NCBI GenBank assembly: GCA_951406725.2
Contig: OX597835.1
Location: forward strand, 45,384,001 to 45,448,000
DNA from: Octopus vulgaris
Lineage: Eukaryota
Reading direction: 5' to 3'
Length of the DNA: 64,000 nucleotides
Below, in pieces: positions 1 through 13,263 of this stretch; position 1 is the first letter of the stretch; each line of letters starts with the position of its first letter. The notes under the pieces are model-generated. The model made no database searches. It was not told where the DNA came from and saw only the letters and a program-made list of their open reading frames with translations. The position numbers and the translations under genes are program-made.

Positions 1-81
1 CACATGTGGTTGCATGCATCAGTACATATACAAATACATAACTTATATACATGCAGTCAGAACCAAATGTATACAATTTAT

Positions 82-484
82 AGGCGCAGGCGTGATTTTG
101 TGGTAAGAAGCTTGCTTCCCAATCACCAACTATGTGGTTTCCGGTTCAGTCCCACTGCGTGGCACCTTGGACTAGGGTCTTCTACCTCAAGCCTCGGGCC
201 GAACGAAGCTATCTGATGGAATTGGTAGAAGGAAACTGAAAGAAGCCTGTCGTACACACACACACACACACACGCACACGCATATGTATGTTTGTGTGTT
301 TGTCCCACATAATCGCTTGACAACCGATGATAGTGTTTACGTCCCTGTAACTTAGCGGTTCGGCAAAACAGGCCGATAAAATAAGCACTACGCTACAAAG
401 AATAAGACCTGAGGTTGATTCATTCGAATAATGGTGATGCTCCAGCATGGCCATAGTCGAATAACTGAAGAAAGTATAAGAATA
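82..484 (+). mobile_element. tRNA-derived SINE family A, older/diverged copy
   Basis: Head AGGCGCAGG..TGTGGTAAG and B-box-like GGTTCAGTCCC, internal (CA)n, and 3' GCTCCAGCATGGCC..ACTGAA are shared with the other family A copies in the window. Confidence 0.8.
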
Positions 485-763
485 TGCATAAATGATAGGA
501 AAGCTTGGGGTGTGTTTGTGGTATTGATGTTACTCAAAGAGGTACGGAACCAGCATGATGTGGCAGGGGTAAAACAGCATATGCTGTCGGGATCCACTGC
601 TGATGTCGGGGGTTGCGTTCTATGCCTTGGCCCGAGCATAAGACGAGGCTCGCCTCTTTGAGGTGGGAAATGAATGGAATGCCTGGCGTGTCTTCTTGTG
701 GCTCCCCCCTCCTGAAAAAATGGGAAATAGGTCTCGGTACACACACACACACACATATGTACA

Positions 764-1180
764 TACTCTCTTTACTCTTTTACTCTTTTACTTGTTTCAG
801 TCATTTGACTGCGGCCATGCTGGAGCACCGCCTTTAATCGAGCAACTCGACCCCGGGACTTATTCTTTTGTAAGCCCAGTACTTATTCTATCGGTCTCTT
901 TTGCCGAACCGCTAAGTAACGGGGACATAAACACACCAGCATCGGTTGACAAGCAATGCTAGGTGACAAACACAGACACACAAACACACACATGCATACA
1001 TATATATACATATATACGACGGGCTTCATTCAGTTTCCGTCTACCAAATCCACTCACAAGGCATTGGTCGGCCCGAGGCTATAGTAGAAGACACTTGCCC
1101 AAGGTGCCACGCAGTGGGACTGAACCCGGGACCATGTGGTTGGTAAACAAGCTACTTACCACACATCCACTCCTGCGCCT
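764..1180 (-). mobile_element. tRNA-derived SINE family A, full length
   Basis: Reverse complement of the 6162-6570 copy, with (GAGTAAAA)n tail at 764-790, internal (TA)/(TG) tract and head at 1180. Confidence 0.9.
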
Positions 1181-1789
1181 ATATATATATATATACTTTA
1201 TTTAAATGCATAGATATAAATATATATAAATACTAACATATATACATAATCGTACATGTATAAGTACCTTTCAGTTCTTATATTCCAAATCTAGACTTTA
1301 AGTCGTATATATTGGTGTAGGTGGACTTGGAAAAGTAATAAGCTATTAGCAGATGAAATTCTTTTTTAATGGTTTTCATGACCAACAAAGTACAATGTAT
1401 AATGACACATATGTTCCAAATCAGGTTGGTTTATTGTATAGTGATACTTTGTAAAACATTAGAGACACTTATAACATGAGATTCCTGAGATGAAGAAACA
1501 CAATTAGATATATATATGCGCACATGGCGGGCTGATTCGCAGTCAAACAAACACATACGCCAATTCATGAAACCCGCACGTATAAGACAGACATATGCAC
1601 ACTTATTTCAAAATAACAAGTAAATCCAAATCTAAGCTAGATCTCTGCGCAGTCAGCCAGAATGGCGCATGAAGAAGTTTCGGGAGAAGTTATGATTTTA
1701 AACAAAGAAAACTTGTCACTTTAAGTGTGATCGGTTAAATCTGCAAAAGAACTTAAATAAGTGTCGATGAATAACAGAGCAATACTTAC

Positions 1790-2398
1790 ATCCGTATGCA
1801 TACATGAATATATTCATACATGCATACATACTTACAAACATACATATATACGTACGTACGTACGCACATACATATGCATACATCATACATACATACTTAC
1901 AAACATACATATATACGTACATACATATGCATACATCATACATACATACATTCATACATACATATATGCATGTGCATTCATACGTACATACATACATACT
2001 TACAAACATACATACATACTTACAAACATACATATATACGTACGTACGCACATACATATGCTTACATCATACATACATACATTCATACATACATATATGC
2101 ATGTGCATTCATACGTACATACATACATACTTACAAACATACGTACATACATACTCACAAATATACATGTTTACACGTACATTCATACGTACGTACATAC
2201 ATGCATACATACTTACAAACATACATATATACGTACTACGCACATACATATGCTTACATCATACATACATACATTCATACATACATACATATATGCATGT
2301 GCATTCATACGTACATACATATTTACAAACATACGTACATACATACTCACAAACATACATATTTAGACGTACATACATGCATACATACAGACGTACAT
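1790..2398. repeat. Compound (CATA)n-based minisatellite with higher-order repeats
   Basis: Recurring blocks such as CATACTTACAAACATAC and CATATATGCATGTGCATTCATACGTAC. Confidence 0.85.
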
Positions 2399-2542
2399 AA
2401 AGTCGGTGATGTTAACTTCATTCCGATAAAGGAGACTCGTTTTAGATTGGTGACTGTCTCTATTGAAAAGAAATTTGAAAGAGAATTCCAAAATTACGCA
2501 CATACAATCTAGGTATACAGTGCATTATTTACATAGCGCATA

Positions 2543-2614
<72 letters not shown>

Positions 2615-3348
2615 TATGTACATTAATACATGCACTCACACATACACACACACACATATAACATAGCTCTATCAACAAAGTGGATGAATAATTTAGACTG
2701 CACTTCAACAAAACTTCCACGCCGCAAGCTATTAATATATGTAAGCTGATGTATAGTTGTATGACTAAAACTAATATGAATGAATGCAGATTCTCGGCTT
2801 GCGAACTGCGTTAAATTTAATCACTATTGAAATATCTCGAAAACTTTCAAGAACGCCATTGTGTAATTAAAATTAAATTAATATCGATTTCAGCCTAAAA
2901 ATATAGGTTTATGACAAATTAAATTAATATTAATTAGTATGAAGGCGAAGTCATCTTGACTAAGAATTCGTAATCCGTTGTGCCAACAACAGCGATAAAC
3001 TCAATGAAAAGTGTCGATTAAAAGCAGAATTTCTAGTTGGTCACTCGGTTCTCTACGACTCTCCCTCCTCTTTACAAACTACAGTCTGGAAGAAGCGAAA
3101 CAAAGCATTTCCTAATATAAAATTTGACTGACAATATCTGAAAATAAAATGTATGGTAGGTTTTGATGGAATTTTTTAAACAGGTACGCTTTAAAGTAAA
3201 CAATTAACGTAGAATCTACTACGTTGCAACGGAACATACAAGAACTATCTCCTGTTTTTTTACAATACAGCCTACTGTCTAGAAGAAATGAAATACTAAG
3301 TTTGGATAATACAATTTAAGATGTAATAAGATTGAAAGCATAACGTAT

Positions 3349-3747
3349 TTCTCTTTCTCTTTTACTTATTTCAGTCATTTGACTGCGGTCATGCTGGAGC
3401 ACCGCCTTTAGTCGAGCAAATCAACCTCGGGACTTATTCTTTGTAAGCCCAGTACTTATTCTATCGGTCTGTTTTGCCGAACCGCTAAGTAACGGGGACA
3501 TAAACACACCAGCATCGGTTGTCAAGCAATGCTAGTGGGACAAACACAGACACACAAACACACACACACATATATATATACATATATACGACGGGCTTCT
3601 TTCAGTTTCCGTCTACCAAATCCACTCACAAGGCTTTGGTCGGTCCGAGGCTATAGTAGAAGACACTTGCCCAAGGTGTCACGCAGTGGGACTGAACCTG
3701 GAACCATGTGCTTGGTAAACAAGCTACTTACCACACAGCCACTCCTG
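3349..3747 (-). mobile_element. SINE family A
   Basis: Near-identical to 764-1180. Confidence 0.9.
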
Positions 3748-4127
3748 TGGATTTCAATGAAACTCTTTTACTCATTCGTCTCTTTTATTCGGGGTTAAAC
3801 AACAGCAACAAAATAAAGAATAACCCCTCATTTTAATAACTTTTTTGTATATGAAATTCAAGAATACGCCGCAGACATATTGCATCCTTAAATTATTCTC
3901 GCAGAGATCCCCGTGACGATATTTACTTCACAGATAAGCTTTTAAATTACAGGTATATAACATGAGGTAGTTGTTCATGCATTTATATATAACGGGTCTC
4001 TATCTCACGGTTTGTCTCAACTGAAAATCTTATAGACAACCAATTCTAAATTGTTGCGTACATGAATTGAACCGAATTTGTTGTAGCAAATAAAACATGT
4101 TTGGCACCAGGGTAGGTTATAGTGATA

Positions 4128-4178
<51 letters not shown>

Positions 4179-4399
4179 GTATATTTGGTGAAGTAGAAAG
4201 ATGAATAATCTTGTTGCAGATTAATCAAAAGTTTAACCGATACCTTGGTAGCAAAAATCACAGCAGAAGAAAGCACGGTTGGAGGTACAACCATATGGTG
4301 TTGCAACCGTGCGTTGGTGCGGATAATTGAATTTTAATATTATTAGTGAATTGAAGAAATGGAGTTGAACGAAGATTGAACAGAAATCCTTTTATTGCA

Positions 4400-4479
4400 T
4401 TCTACACGTGTTTCGAAAGCCACAATTTGCCAAATTCCGATTGAATAAGGAGACAATATTGTGTCTTTCTCTTCAGCAA
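4400..4479 (-). ncRNA. Type I hammerhead ribozyme motif (left arm copy)
   Basis: Reverse complement of 5291-5370, with a stem I mismatch next to the core. Confidence 0.65.
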
Positions 4480-5290
4480 GAAATAGGAATTCCGTTGGCA
4501 GAACAAAAACAGAACAGAGGCGCAGCAAAACAAATCGAACGAGGAGGCTCCTAAGAGCCCATGGCCAAACTGTTTATCGATGTATGTTGAAATCTGGTGG
4601 TGGGTGCGTTGAAGATATTTACAGGTCAGGCAGCGGTCAATCCGGTGGGTGAGAGCACGGGGTGCGTAGATGTTCTTTGTGACCGAGACTTTTTAAGATA
4701 GATATGATTAACCCTTGCAAGGGGAATTACTCCCATTAGGCGAATGGTGTTTTGTTTTGACGACGTGAGGTTTGTTTTGACAAAGCATGATTAGACGAAC
4801 ACACGAACACATAAAATATTTTCTGCCGCCTGACGTATTTTTCAGCAGTGACCATTGTGTAGCGCGTTTTACCAACTTACGGCCGCGCGATTAAACGAAC
4901 ACACGAACACATAAAATATTCTCTGCCGCCTGACGGATTTTTCAGCAGTGACCATTGTGTAGCGCTTTTTACCAACTTACGGCCGCGCACATATAGAACA
5001 GTTCATACACACATGTTTCTAAGTAGATTTTGGCTCGCCCCATATAATACACCTAATATTCTTAAAATAGTCAGAACCTTAGTCTCGGTACACAGAACAT
5101 CTACGCACCCCGTGCTCTCACCCACCGGATTGACCGCTGCCTGACCTGTAAATATCTTCAACGCACCCACCACCAGATTTCAACATACATTGATAAACAG
5201 TTTGGCCATGGGCTCTTAGGAGCCTCCTCGTTCGATTTGTTTTGCTGCGCCTCTGTTCTGTTTTTGTTCTGCCAACGGAATTCCTATTTC

Positions 5291-5370
5291 TTCCTGAAGA
5301 GAAAGACACAATATGGTCTCCTTATTCAATCGGATTTTGGTAAATTGTGGCTTTCGAAACACGTGTAGAA
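5291..5370 (+). ncRNA. Type I hammerhead ribozyme motif
   Basis: TTC-CTGAAGA-GAAAG.CACAAT...ATTGTG.CTTTC-GAAAC-ACGT-GTA|GAA, followed by AATAAA. Predicted cleavage after 5367. Confidence 0.75.
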
Positions 5371-5660
5371 TGCAATAAAAGGATTTCTGTTCAATCTTCG
5401 TTCAACTCCATTTCTTCAATTCACTAATAATATATTTTATATATATATATAAATATACATATATATATATATACATACATATATATATATATATGTATAT
5501 ATATATGTATATATATACATGTATATATAGACATATATATATATACACACACACACACATATATATATATATAAATATATATACATATATATATTTATAT
5601 ATATCTATATAATATTTATCTATCTATATATATATATGTATATAAATATATATACATATA

Positions 5661-5719
<59 letters not shown>

Positions 5720-5722
<3 letters not shown>

Positions 5723-6850
5723 GCCACATTGTAGAAGATGTGAATATCAGGAACAAACGCCAACAGAACTAAGAATTTTTTCTCAAACTTCTCAACTTAT
5801 ATAAATGGCATACTGTAGAACATGGAAATACTGATACAACAACTGAGGACAACCCAAAGACGAAGAAAACAAGAACAAATCATGCCATTTATAGTGACAC
5901 ACAATCCATGTCACCAGACTATATTCAACATTGCCAAAGGAAACCTGCTCAAAGTAATGAAGGCAAAGATATAATCACATCGAAATCTGGCTCTTAATAA
6001 AAGACAGCCTAAAAATTTGAAAATATTAACAAAGGCAAAATTTGACCTTAGCAACAAAGACCAATCATTTAAATGTATCTAAAGGCAATGGTAGCCGAGT
6101 GTGGCACATGCCAATTCATAAATACCGGTGAATATATGAACACAAAACCATGAAAAATGTTCGCAGGAGTGCCTGTGTGGTAAGTTGCTTGTCTACCAAC
6201 CACATGGTTCCGGGTTCAGTCCCACTGCGTGGCACCTTCGGCAAGTGTCTTCTACTATAGCCTCGGGTCGACCAAAGCCTTGTGAGTGGATTTGGTAGAC
6301 GGAAACTGAAAGAAGCCCGTCGTATATATGTATATATATATGTATATGTATGTGTGTTTGTGTGTCTGTGTTTGTCCCCTAGCATTGCTTGACAACCGAT
6401 GCTGGTGTGTTTATGTCCCCGTTACTAAGCAGTTCGGCAAAAGAGACCGATAGAATAAGTACTGGGCTTACAAAAGAATAAGTCCCAGGGTCGAGTTACT
6501 CGATTAAAGGCAGTGCTCCAGCATGGCCGCAGTCAAATGACTGAAACAAGTAAAAGAGTAAAAGAGTAAACGCAAATATGAACTACAAAAACAGTAATTT
6601 AATTGAATGCATCAAATGCCCGAACTGTAAAGAACTATATTGTGGATCAGACTGGAAATGCGCTAACAGAGCGTCAAATTAGAGACCCGGATGCCCGTCC
6701 GATATCTATGAGTGACCATTTAGCAACATGTGGTCGGAAAATATTTATATTTCCATTCCACAAACGACACAGTGCGAGTGAAATTCAAAGAAAAATCAGA
6801 GTAAACAACTTTGTAAATAAATTCCAATCCAAGCTAAATAAACAATAATA
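5720..6850 (+). pseudogene. Penelope-like retroelement remnant (RT C-terminal region and GIY-YIG endonuclease), interrupted by a SINE
   Basis: Broken frames give NLIECIKCPNCKELY / YIVDQTGNALTER...ISMSDHLATCG..IFPFHK..FVNKFQSKLN, which matches the PLE GIY-YIG pattern. Paralogous to 55471-56310. Confidence 0.75.
6162..6570 (+). mobile_element. SINE family A
   Basis: GCAGGAGTG..GTGTGGTAAG head, GGTTCAGTCCC, internal TA/TG tract, GAGTAAAA tail. Confidence 0.9.
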
Positions 6851-7467
6851 CTAATATTTAGAGGTACTAGTTCTACTGCTACAACCACCACCACTAAGAG
6901 CAACAACAATACTAAAGATGTTCATGATGGCGACAGCAGGAAAATAGTAGCCAATCAAAAAAAAGTCAGTAAAAATAATCTTATTTCGGGGTTTAAAGTT
7001 TATTAACACAGGTGCTCCAACCACACCACCACCACCACCACCACTACCACCATCGACGACAGTAATAAAGGAGATAATGATGGTGATGTTGATAATTGAA
7101 ATGAAAAAATCCTTGGGAAATATTGTTTACAACATTTCTAAGAATAGCCCAGCAATTACTGCCTTGGCCAGGGTCAAAATACAGGTCTCTTGACGTGTTC
7201 AACAATCCGTGACGCCTAAAGCAAAAAGAAGTTTAGTAAAGCCACTCACTGATTGGTCAGAAATACAATTTGAAACAATTAACATTCTGGAGACTATGCA
7301 TATGTTTTCCAGGCACACGGTTTCGCCATCTCGCTACAGTTTTAAATTGCAAAACGTGAACTGTCACCATTGCTACATGAATGTGAAGATTGCATAGTTT
7401 AACGCATGAAAGTAAAAGTTCAATCAGAATGGATATTTAATATTCTATCATTTCATTGTATTATATT

Positions 7468-7655
7468 ATACTCTTATACTCTTTACTCTTTTACTTGTTT
7501 CAGTCATTTGACTGCGGCCATGCTGGAGCACCGCCTTTAGTCGAGCAAATCGACCCCGGGACTTTGTAAGCCCAGTACTTATTCTATCGGTCTCTTTTGA
7601 GACGTAAACACACCAGCATCGGTTGTCAAGCAATGCTAGGGGGACAAACACAGAC

Positions 7656-7750
<95 letters not shown>

Positions 7751-7913
7751 TACGACAGGCTTCTTTCAGTTTCCGTCTACCAAATCCACTCACAAGGCAT
7801 TGGTCGGCCCGGGGCTATAGCAGAAGACCCTTGCCCGAGGTGCCACGCAGTGGACTGAACCTGGAACCATGTGATTGGTTAGCAAGCTACTTACCACACA
7901 GCCACTCCTGTGC
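7468..7913 (-). mobile_element. SINE family A with expanded internal (TA)n
   Basis: Homologous to the other copies, with small internal deletions. Confidence 0.88.
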
Positions 7914-8096
7914 CTATATTATATTATATTATATTATATTATATTATATTATTATAAGATTGTAAATTAAACGTCAAAATTAAAGTTGGAATTTCTTTCA
8001 GTAATATATCATTCCGCACACTATCATACACACCTGTGCGTGTGTGTCTGTGTGTGTGTGTATGTGTGTGTGTCTGTGTGCGCGGGTGCGCGGGTG

Positions 8097-8277
8097 TGGA
8101 GTACTGTCTTTAGTTGAACAAATCGACCCCAGGACTTATTCTTTATCAGGACGTCAACACACCAACATCGATTGTCAAGCGAGGGTAGGAGAAGAAACAC
8201 AGACATACACACAAAGATATACATACACATACAAACACACACACATACACGCATACAAACACACACACACACACACG

Positions 8278-8350
<73 letters not shown>

Positions 8351-8512
8351 GCGACGTGCTACTTTCAATTTCCGTCTACCAAATCCACTCACAAGGCTTT
8401 GGTCGGCCCGAGGCTGTAGTAGAAGACATGTTCCCAAGGTGCCACACAATGGGACAGAAGTCCCTAACCATGTGGTTGGTAAGCAAGCTTCTTACCACAC
8501 AGCCACTCCTGC
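8097..8512 (-). mobile_element. SINE family A, 3' truncated, long internal (CA)n
   Basis: Head at ~8512 and body homology. Confidence 0.8.
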
Positions 8513-8616
8513 ATACATGCATAAGTACATACATACATACACACATATATACATATATGTGCGTATATATATTTACACACACACACACACTCGCATATAT
8601 ATATATATATATATAT

Positions 8617-8841
8617 ATTTCTTTACTGCCCACAAGGGGCTAAACATAGAAGGGAAAAACAAGGACAGACAAAGGGATTAAGTCGATTACATCCGGTGCG
8701 AAACTGGTACTTTATTTATCGACCCCGAAAGGATGAAAGGCAAAGTGGACCTCGGCGGAATTTGAACTCTGAACGTAACGATAGACGAAATACCGCTAAG
8801 AATTTCGCCCGGCGTGCTAACGTTTCTGCCAGCTCGCCGCC
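8617..8841 (-). mobile_element. tRNA-derived SINE family B (central GCCTTTCATCCTTTCGGGGTCGATAAA..AAGTACCAG domain, MetaSINE-like)
   Basis: Head GGCGGCGAGCTGGCAGAAACGTTAG and B box GAGTTCAAATTCC, with many copies in the window. The superfamily label is from memory. Confidence 0.85.
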
Positions 8842-8844
8842 CTT

Positions 8845-9139
8845 CACGTGATCACGTGACCGACCAATCCATCAGATGTAGTTACACATCGCTGGTCACA
8901 ATGCGTTCGCATTGTTTTAGCCTTCGAATGACGCCACCCCGCTGGCTAAGCGAGCAGGCCAACAGACGATAGAGAGAGAGAAAGAATGGTGAAAGAGTAC
9001 AGCAGGGATCACCACCCCCTGCCGGAGCGTCGTGGAGCTTTTAAGTGTTCTCGCTCAATAAACACACACAACGCCCGGTCTGGGAATCGAAACCGCGATC
9101 CTACTACCGCGAGTCCGCTACCCTAACCACTGGGTCATT
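8845..9139 (-). mobile_element. tRNA(Arg)-like SINE family C
   Basis: Minus-strand head CCCAGTGGTTAGGGTAGCGGACTCGCGG..GGTTTCGATTCCC. The 3' half recurs at 25392-25514. Confidence 0.75.
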
Positions 9140-9539
9140 ATATATTTCAGAATTAAGCGCACACATTTTCTACTTCGTATTGGCGGTGAAAAAAAATGGC
9201 TGATGCAAAATAATTTGATGTTGATAGAGCAATGCTGTTAAGAAAATTACGATGGACGAACGCAACGCAATAAGATCTGACCATGGAGTCACTTTTCTAA
9301 ACAACGCTTAACATTACTTACGATAAACATATTAGTGAATGTGTTTGTGTTTGTGTGGTCATTAAGAAAATTGGACACTTTCCCACATATCAAGTAACTC
9401 TCTTTGATTTACAGAATTTTCGAAATGTGTTGCTATAAATACACTTGGAAAGAATTAAATAGATTAGCAGCTTCGTGAAATTTACTACTTGGGTTATTAG
9501 TCTAGTCTATATACTTCTTACGAAACATATGTTTCTAAG

Positions 9540-9598
<59 letters not shown>

Positions 9599-9709
9599 AC
9601 ACACAGGCATATATGTATACATATATATAGATACATATATATTGTTGAAATTTAGAGAAAAGAACTGAAGTAGAAGAAAGGTGTATAAACAACATATATA
9701 TAAGTATAA

Positions 9710-9748
<39 letters not shown>

Positions 9749-9751
<3 letters not shown>

Positions 9752-9815
9752 CTCTACCACTGGTATTTGAGTACTCTTTTTTCCATCTTGTTTCACATTT
9801 ATGTGTTTACTCCGG
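9749..9815 (-). repeat. Short (TA)n-embedded cassette
   Basis: Reverse-complement match to 16239-16309. Confidence 0.8.
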
Positions 9816-9873
9816 TATATATATATAATATTGAGGTCTCTTTCTTTCTTTTGTTATCTTACCGTTTTTACCA

Positions 9874-9933
<60 letters not shown>

Positions 9934-10440
9934 GTATGTATATATGTACACTCAAACGCACACACGTATGTATGTCTTTTCGAATCAATATTTGCGAACT
10001 AGCGTCAACTAAAGACCATCACCCAATAAGTTTTGGGTCTGAATTTAGCACATTTCCAGGAAAGTAGCCTTTGAATTAATCGAAACAATGTTTGATTTGA
10101 TATTTATTCATAACGAACCGAACTAAATTCCACGTGCAAAATATAAAACTAAAAAAAAATAAGAAATAAAAAAATGAAGTACACTTTTGATTTTCAGAAT
10201 TTCTTTGGTAAAAGAAAGAAGCCAGATAAAGACTCAAATTGCTCTGAATCGGTAAACGTTCGATGTTGAAAACCAATGCAGGGTAATGTTATGCAATGTA
10301 GTCCTAGATTACGTTTGGTCCAGTTGCGGTTTGGGGGTGATAAAGCCAAAGAATCGGAAATACTGGGGATTAACTACGTTCACTAATTTGATTTCATACG
10401 GACCCGTTCTCGAAAAAAAAGCTGAGCAACGGGGATAAAT

Positions 10441-10450
10441 TACTACTACA

Positions 10451-10491
<41 letters not shown>

Positions 10492-10516
10492 AACTACTAC
10501 CACCACCACCACCACC

Positions 10517-10548
<32 letters not shown>

Positions 10549-10603
10549 AACAACTACTACTACTACTACTACTACTACAACTACCACCACCACCACCACC
10601 ACC

Positions 10604-10639
<36 letters not shown>

Positions 10640-10822
10640 GCCGCGCTGCTGCTATGCTGATACTAATAATACTATCAACACCATCACCAATACTACCACC
10701 ATCATCACTACTAACACTATCAACACTACTACCACCATCAATACTACTACTACCAACAGTCCCAGCGCCACCACCATCACCAACAATACCGCCACTGCTG
10801 CTACTACTACTGCCGCTATTGT

Positions 10823-10854
<32 letters not shown>

Positions 10855-10855
10855 A
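10441..10855. repeat. (CTA)n/(CCA)n microsatellite
   Basis: Direct reading of the sequence. Confidence 0.95.
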
Positions 10856-11134
10856 CCGAGAAGGGAAAAAGAGAATTTATTAATGTGTAAAAGGCCATAC
10901 AGTACTTTTAAAAATAAAATGATAAAACACAACGCCCATGGAATAACATTGTCCATGTTATGAGAGACAGTTTAGTGAAATGAATTCAATAAACTGTGTC
11001 TCTTAGCCTCAGTTCCGCAGTACAAGACCACTCTTTTGCGGGTAAACCTTTACTATATTAGTGTTTAAGCATCAAATCATAGACTTGGTTCGCTTCAACA
11101 CGCCAATTTGTGGACTGACAACACCGCTGGCGTT

Positions 11135-11230
11135 CATACTAGTATCAAATTATAGGGAACCTATCAGTGGCATCTAGCGAGGAGACCTGCATGGATAGAC
11201 AACTGTAAACTCAACGTTGGTGAGGCCACC
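11135..11230 (-). ncRNA. Decayed HDV-like ribozyme fold (candidate)
   Basis: P1 GGTGGC/GCCACT, L3 TCCTCGCT, P4 ATAGG/CCTAT, imperfect P2. P3 and J4/2 are damaged. Confidence 0.35.
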
Positions 11231-11844
11231 AGCTTAGAAACTGGCAGGTAAACTGGACATTATTCTGACCGTCGGAGGTTACTTCTTTGAGCATCAACAT
11301 CGACTGATATATATTTTAACGGCCCTGGGTACGGAAAATATATAATCGATCTCGAAATAATTTGAACGCAACTCATAAGGAAACGTTAGAAAATAACGCT
11401 TATCATTTTATTCGGCGTTGTACGAAATCTGGAAATCTCTATGACTAAATTTATAATTTAAAATATACTTTTTATCGATAAATGTACATAAAGATATGAC
11501 AGATAAAAAAATCGATTGACGAATGCATAGTTTTGTAATAATTGCATGCATCCGGTTGAGATATATAACTTGATAATTCTGGAATATCACCTGTAAATGT
11601 AATACATCACAATTAATGAACACTTACGCAGTAATTATAATACATCATCAGGTAATACTAGCGCATGTTATTGTTTTATTATTTAGAAGCCGTTTCTCTT
11701 TGGCAAATGATTTAAAGATATAGCGAGTGACATAATCCTAAAGATAATTCATGCTGAGCTGAAACCGGATTCTGGTGTTAATCGTTGCCAGCTGTTGTTA
11801 TATAGATGTAACAATATTTACAATGAGTAAATATTTTGTTGCTG

Positions 11845-12045
11845 CAAGGTGTTAGTGCAGCGGACAAAATGCTTAGCGGCACCTTGTCTCTCTTTAACTT
11901 CTGAGTTCAAATTGCGCCGAGGTCGACTTTCTTTTTCATCATTTTGGAGATGATAAAAAAAAGCATCAGTTGAATCAGGGCTCGTTGTAATTGACTTAAC
12001 TCCTCCTCCTAAATTGCTGAACCTGTGCCAATTATTTGCAATCAA
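11845..12045 (+). mobile_element. SINE family B, degenerate
   Basis: TTCTGAGTTCAAATTGCGCCGAGGTCGACTTT motif. Confidence 0.7.
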
Positions 12046-12748
12046 TATTAAGTTGCTACTGTTGCTGTTGGTGTCCTGTTCGGCTTCAGATTAATTATAA
12101 TGTAATAAATGTATATGGAAATCCGTAGAAATTCGCAAAAGTTGTGGGCGTATAATCTTTCTTTTATAGGTGAATATTTACTTATGCCTTTTGCTCCGTC
12201 AGGGCAGAAAAGTCGACCAACGATGACTTTTCTCCATTGTTCTCGACTTTGGGCTATATTCCCCTAACAGTTTCATTCTGAGGCAAGCCTGTCCCTTCTA
12301 GTTCGGGTTGCTTCAGTTTATAATCGATGCTTTTTGCAACCCCGTTAGTTTCACAGGTAAGGGCACCGGCGCACAGAAAACCCGTTCCTAAATATGTTAC
12401 TTGAGAATCATTTTGATGAGGATAGTGCATGAAGAATGAATAGAGAAGGACCGACAGAGAACAAGTCTCTATTTTATATTAAAATATTCGTTTTACTTAA
12501 ATTTCATTGCGTTCCGCCAACACAGAAAGCCCACTCGAGGCCAACGATTGACGCACATTTTCCACTCCATTAACCATAATTCAACATATGGTATTGCAGC
12601 AAGCGATATGATGTTAGACGCAACAGAACACAAAGAACAACGAATGTTCTACCCCGTCCGAACAGCTTATCACTGAAATGAACATTGCTGTTTCCTCTTC
12701 TTAATTACATCTAATATTATCTGTATCTAGGTATTTCTTAATGTGTTC

Positions 12749-13220
12749 AGTGAAGGTGCATGGCGTAGTGGTTAGAGCATCGGGCGACAATCATGGGGTA
12801 GAGAGTTCGATTTCCGTACCGGGCAGTGTGTTGTATTCTTGAGCAAGTCACTTTACTTCACGCAGCTGAAGAAATGAGTTGCGACGTCACTGGTGGCCAG
12901 CTGTGTCAGCCTCTTTGCTGTTCACTTGGATAACACTTGTGGCATGGAATGGGGAGGCATGGTATGCATGGACGACTGCTGGTCTTCTAGAAACAATCTT
13001 GCCCAGAACTTGGGCCTCAGAAGGTAACTTTCTAGGTGCAATCTCATGGTTATTCATGACTGAAGAGCGTCTTTACCTTTTACCCTATGTACATATAATG
13101 GTATGGAAAGATGGGAGGCTCCTATGTATGGTTGACTATTGGTCTTCCATAAATAACCTTGCTTGGACTTGTGCCTCCCATGGTCATGCATAACCGAACG
13201 GCGTCTTGACCCTCTTTTAC
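12749..13220 (+). mobile_element. tRNA-derived SINE (CORE-like segment) with duplicated 3' part
   Basis: TGGCGTAGTGGTTAGAG A box, GAGTTCGATTTCC B box, CTTGAGCAAGTCACTTTAC. The tail segment is repeated at ~13110-13220. Confidence 0.6.
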
Positions 13221-13263
13221 AGATATTTTCATGTCTGCAAATATATGAGTATGCACGTCGATA

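Larger units (their letters stand above)
4339..5433. mobile_element. Fold-back non-coding element (arms ~4339-4689 and ~5081-5433), Penelope pLTR-like, with one hammerhead per arm
   Basis: Arms are near-perfect reverse complements (mirror ORFs 4461-4652 and 5118-5309). The spacer holds a 100-bp tandem duplication (4789-4988). Flanked by (TA)n. Confidence 0.75.

Noticed and set aside
9065-9139. tRNA genes at SINE heads (also 12755 and 44695)
   Set aside because: They have A and B boxes but run into SINE bodies and lack a complete acceptor stem.
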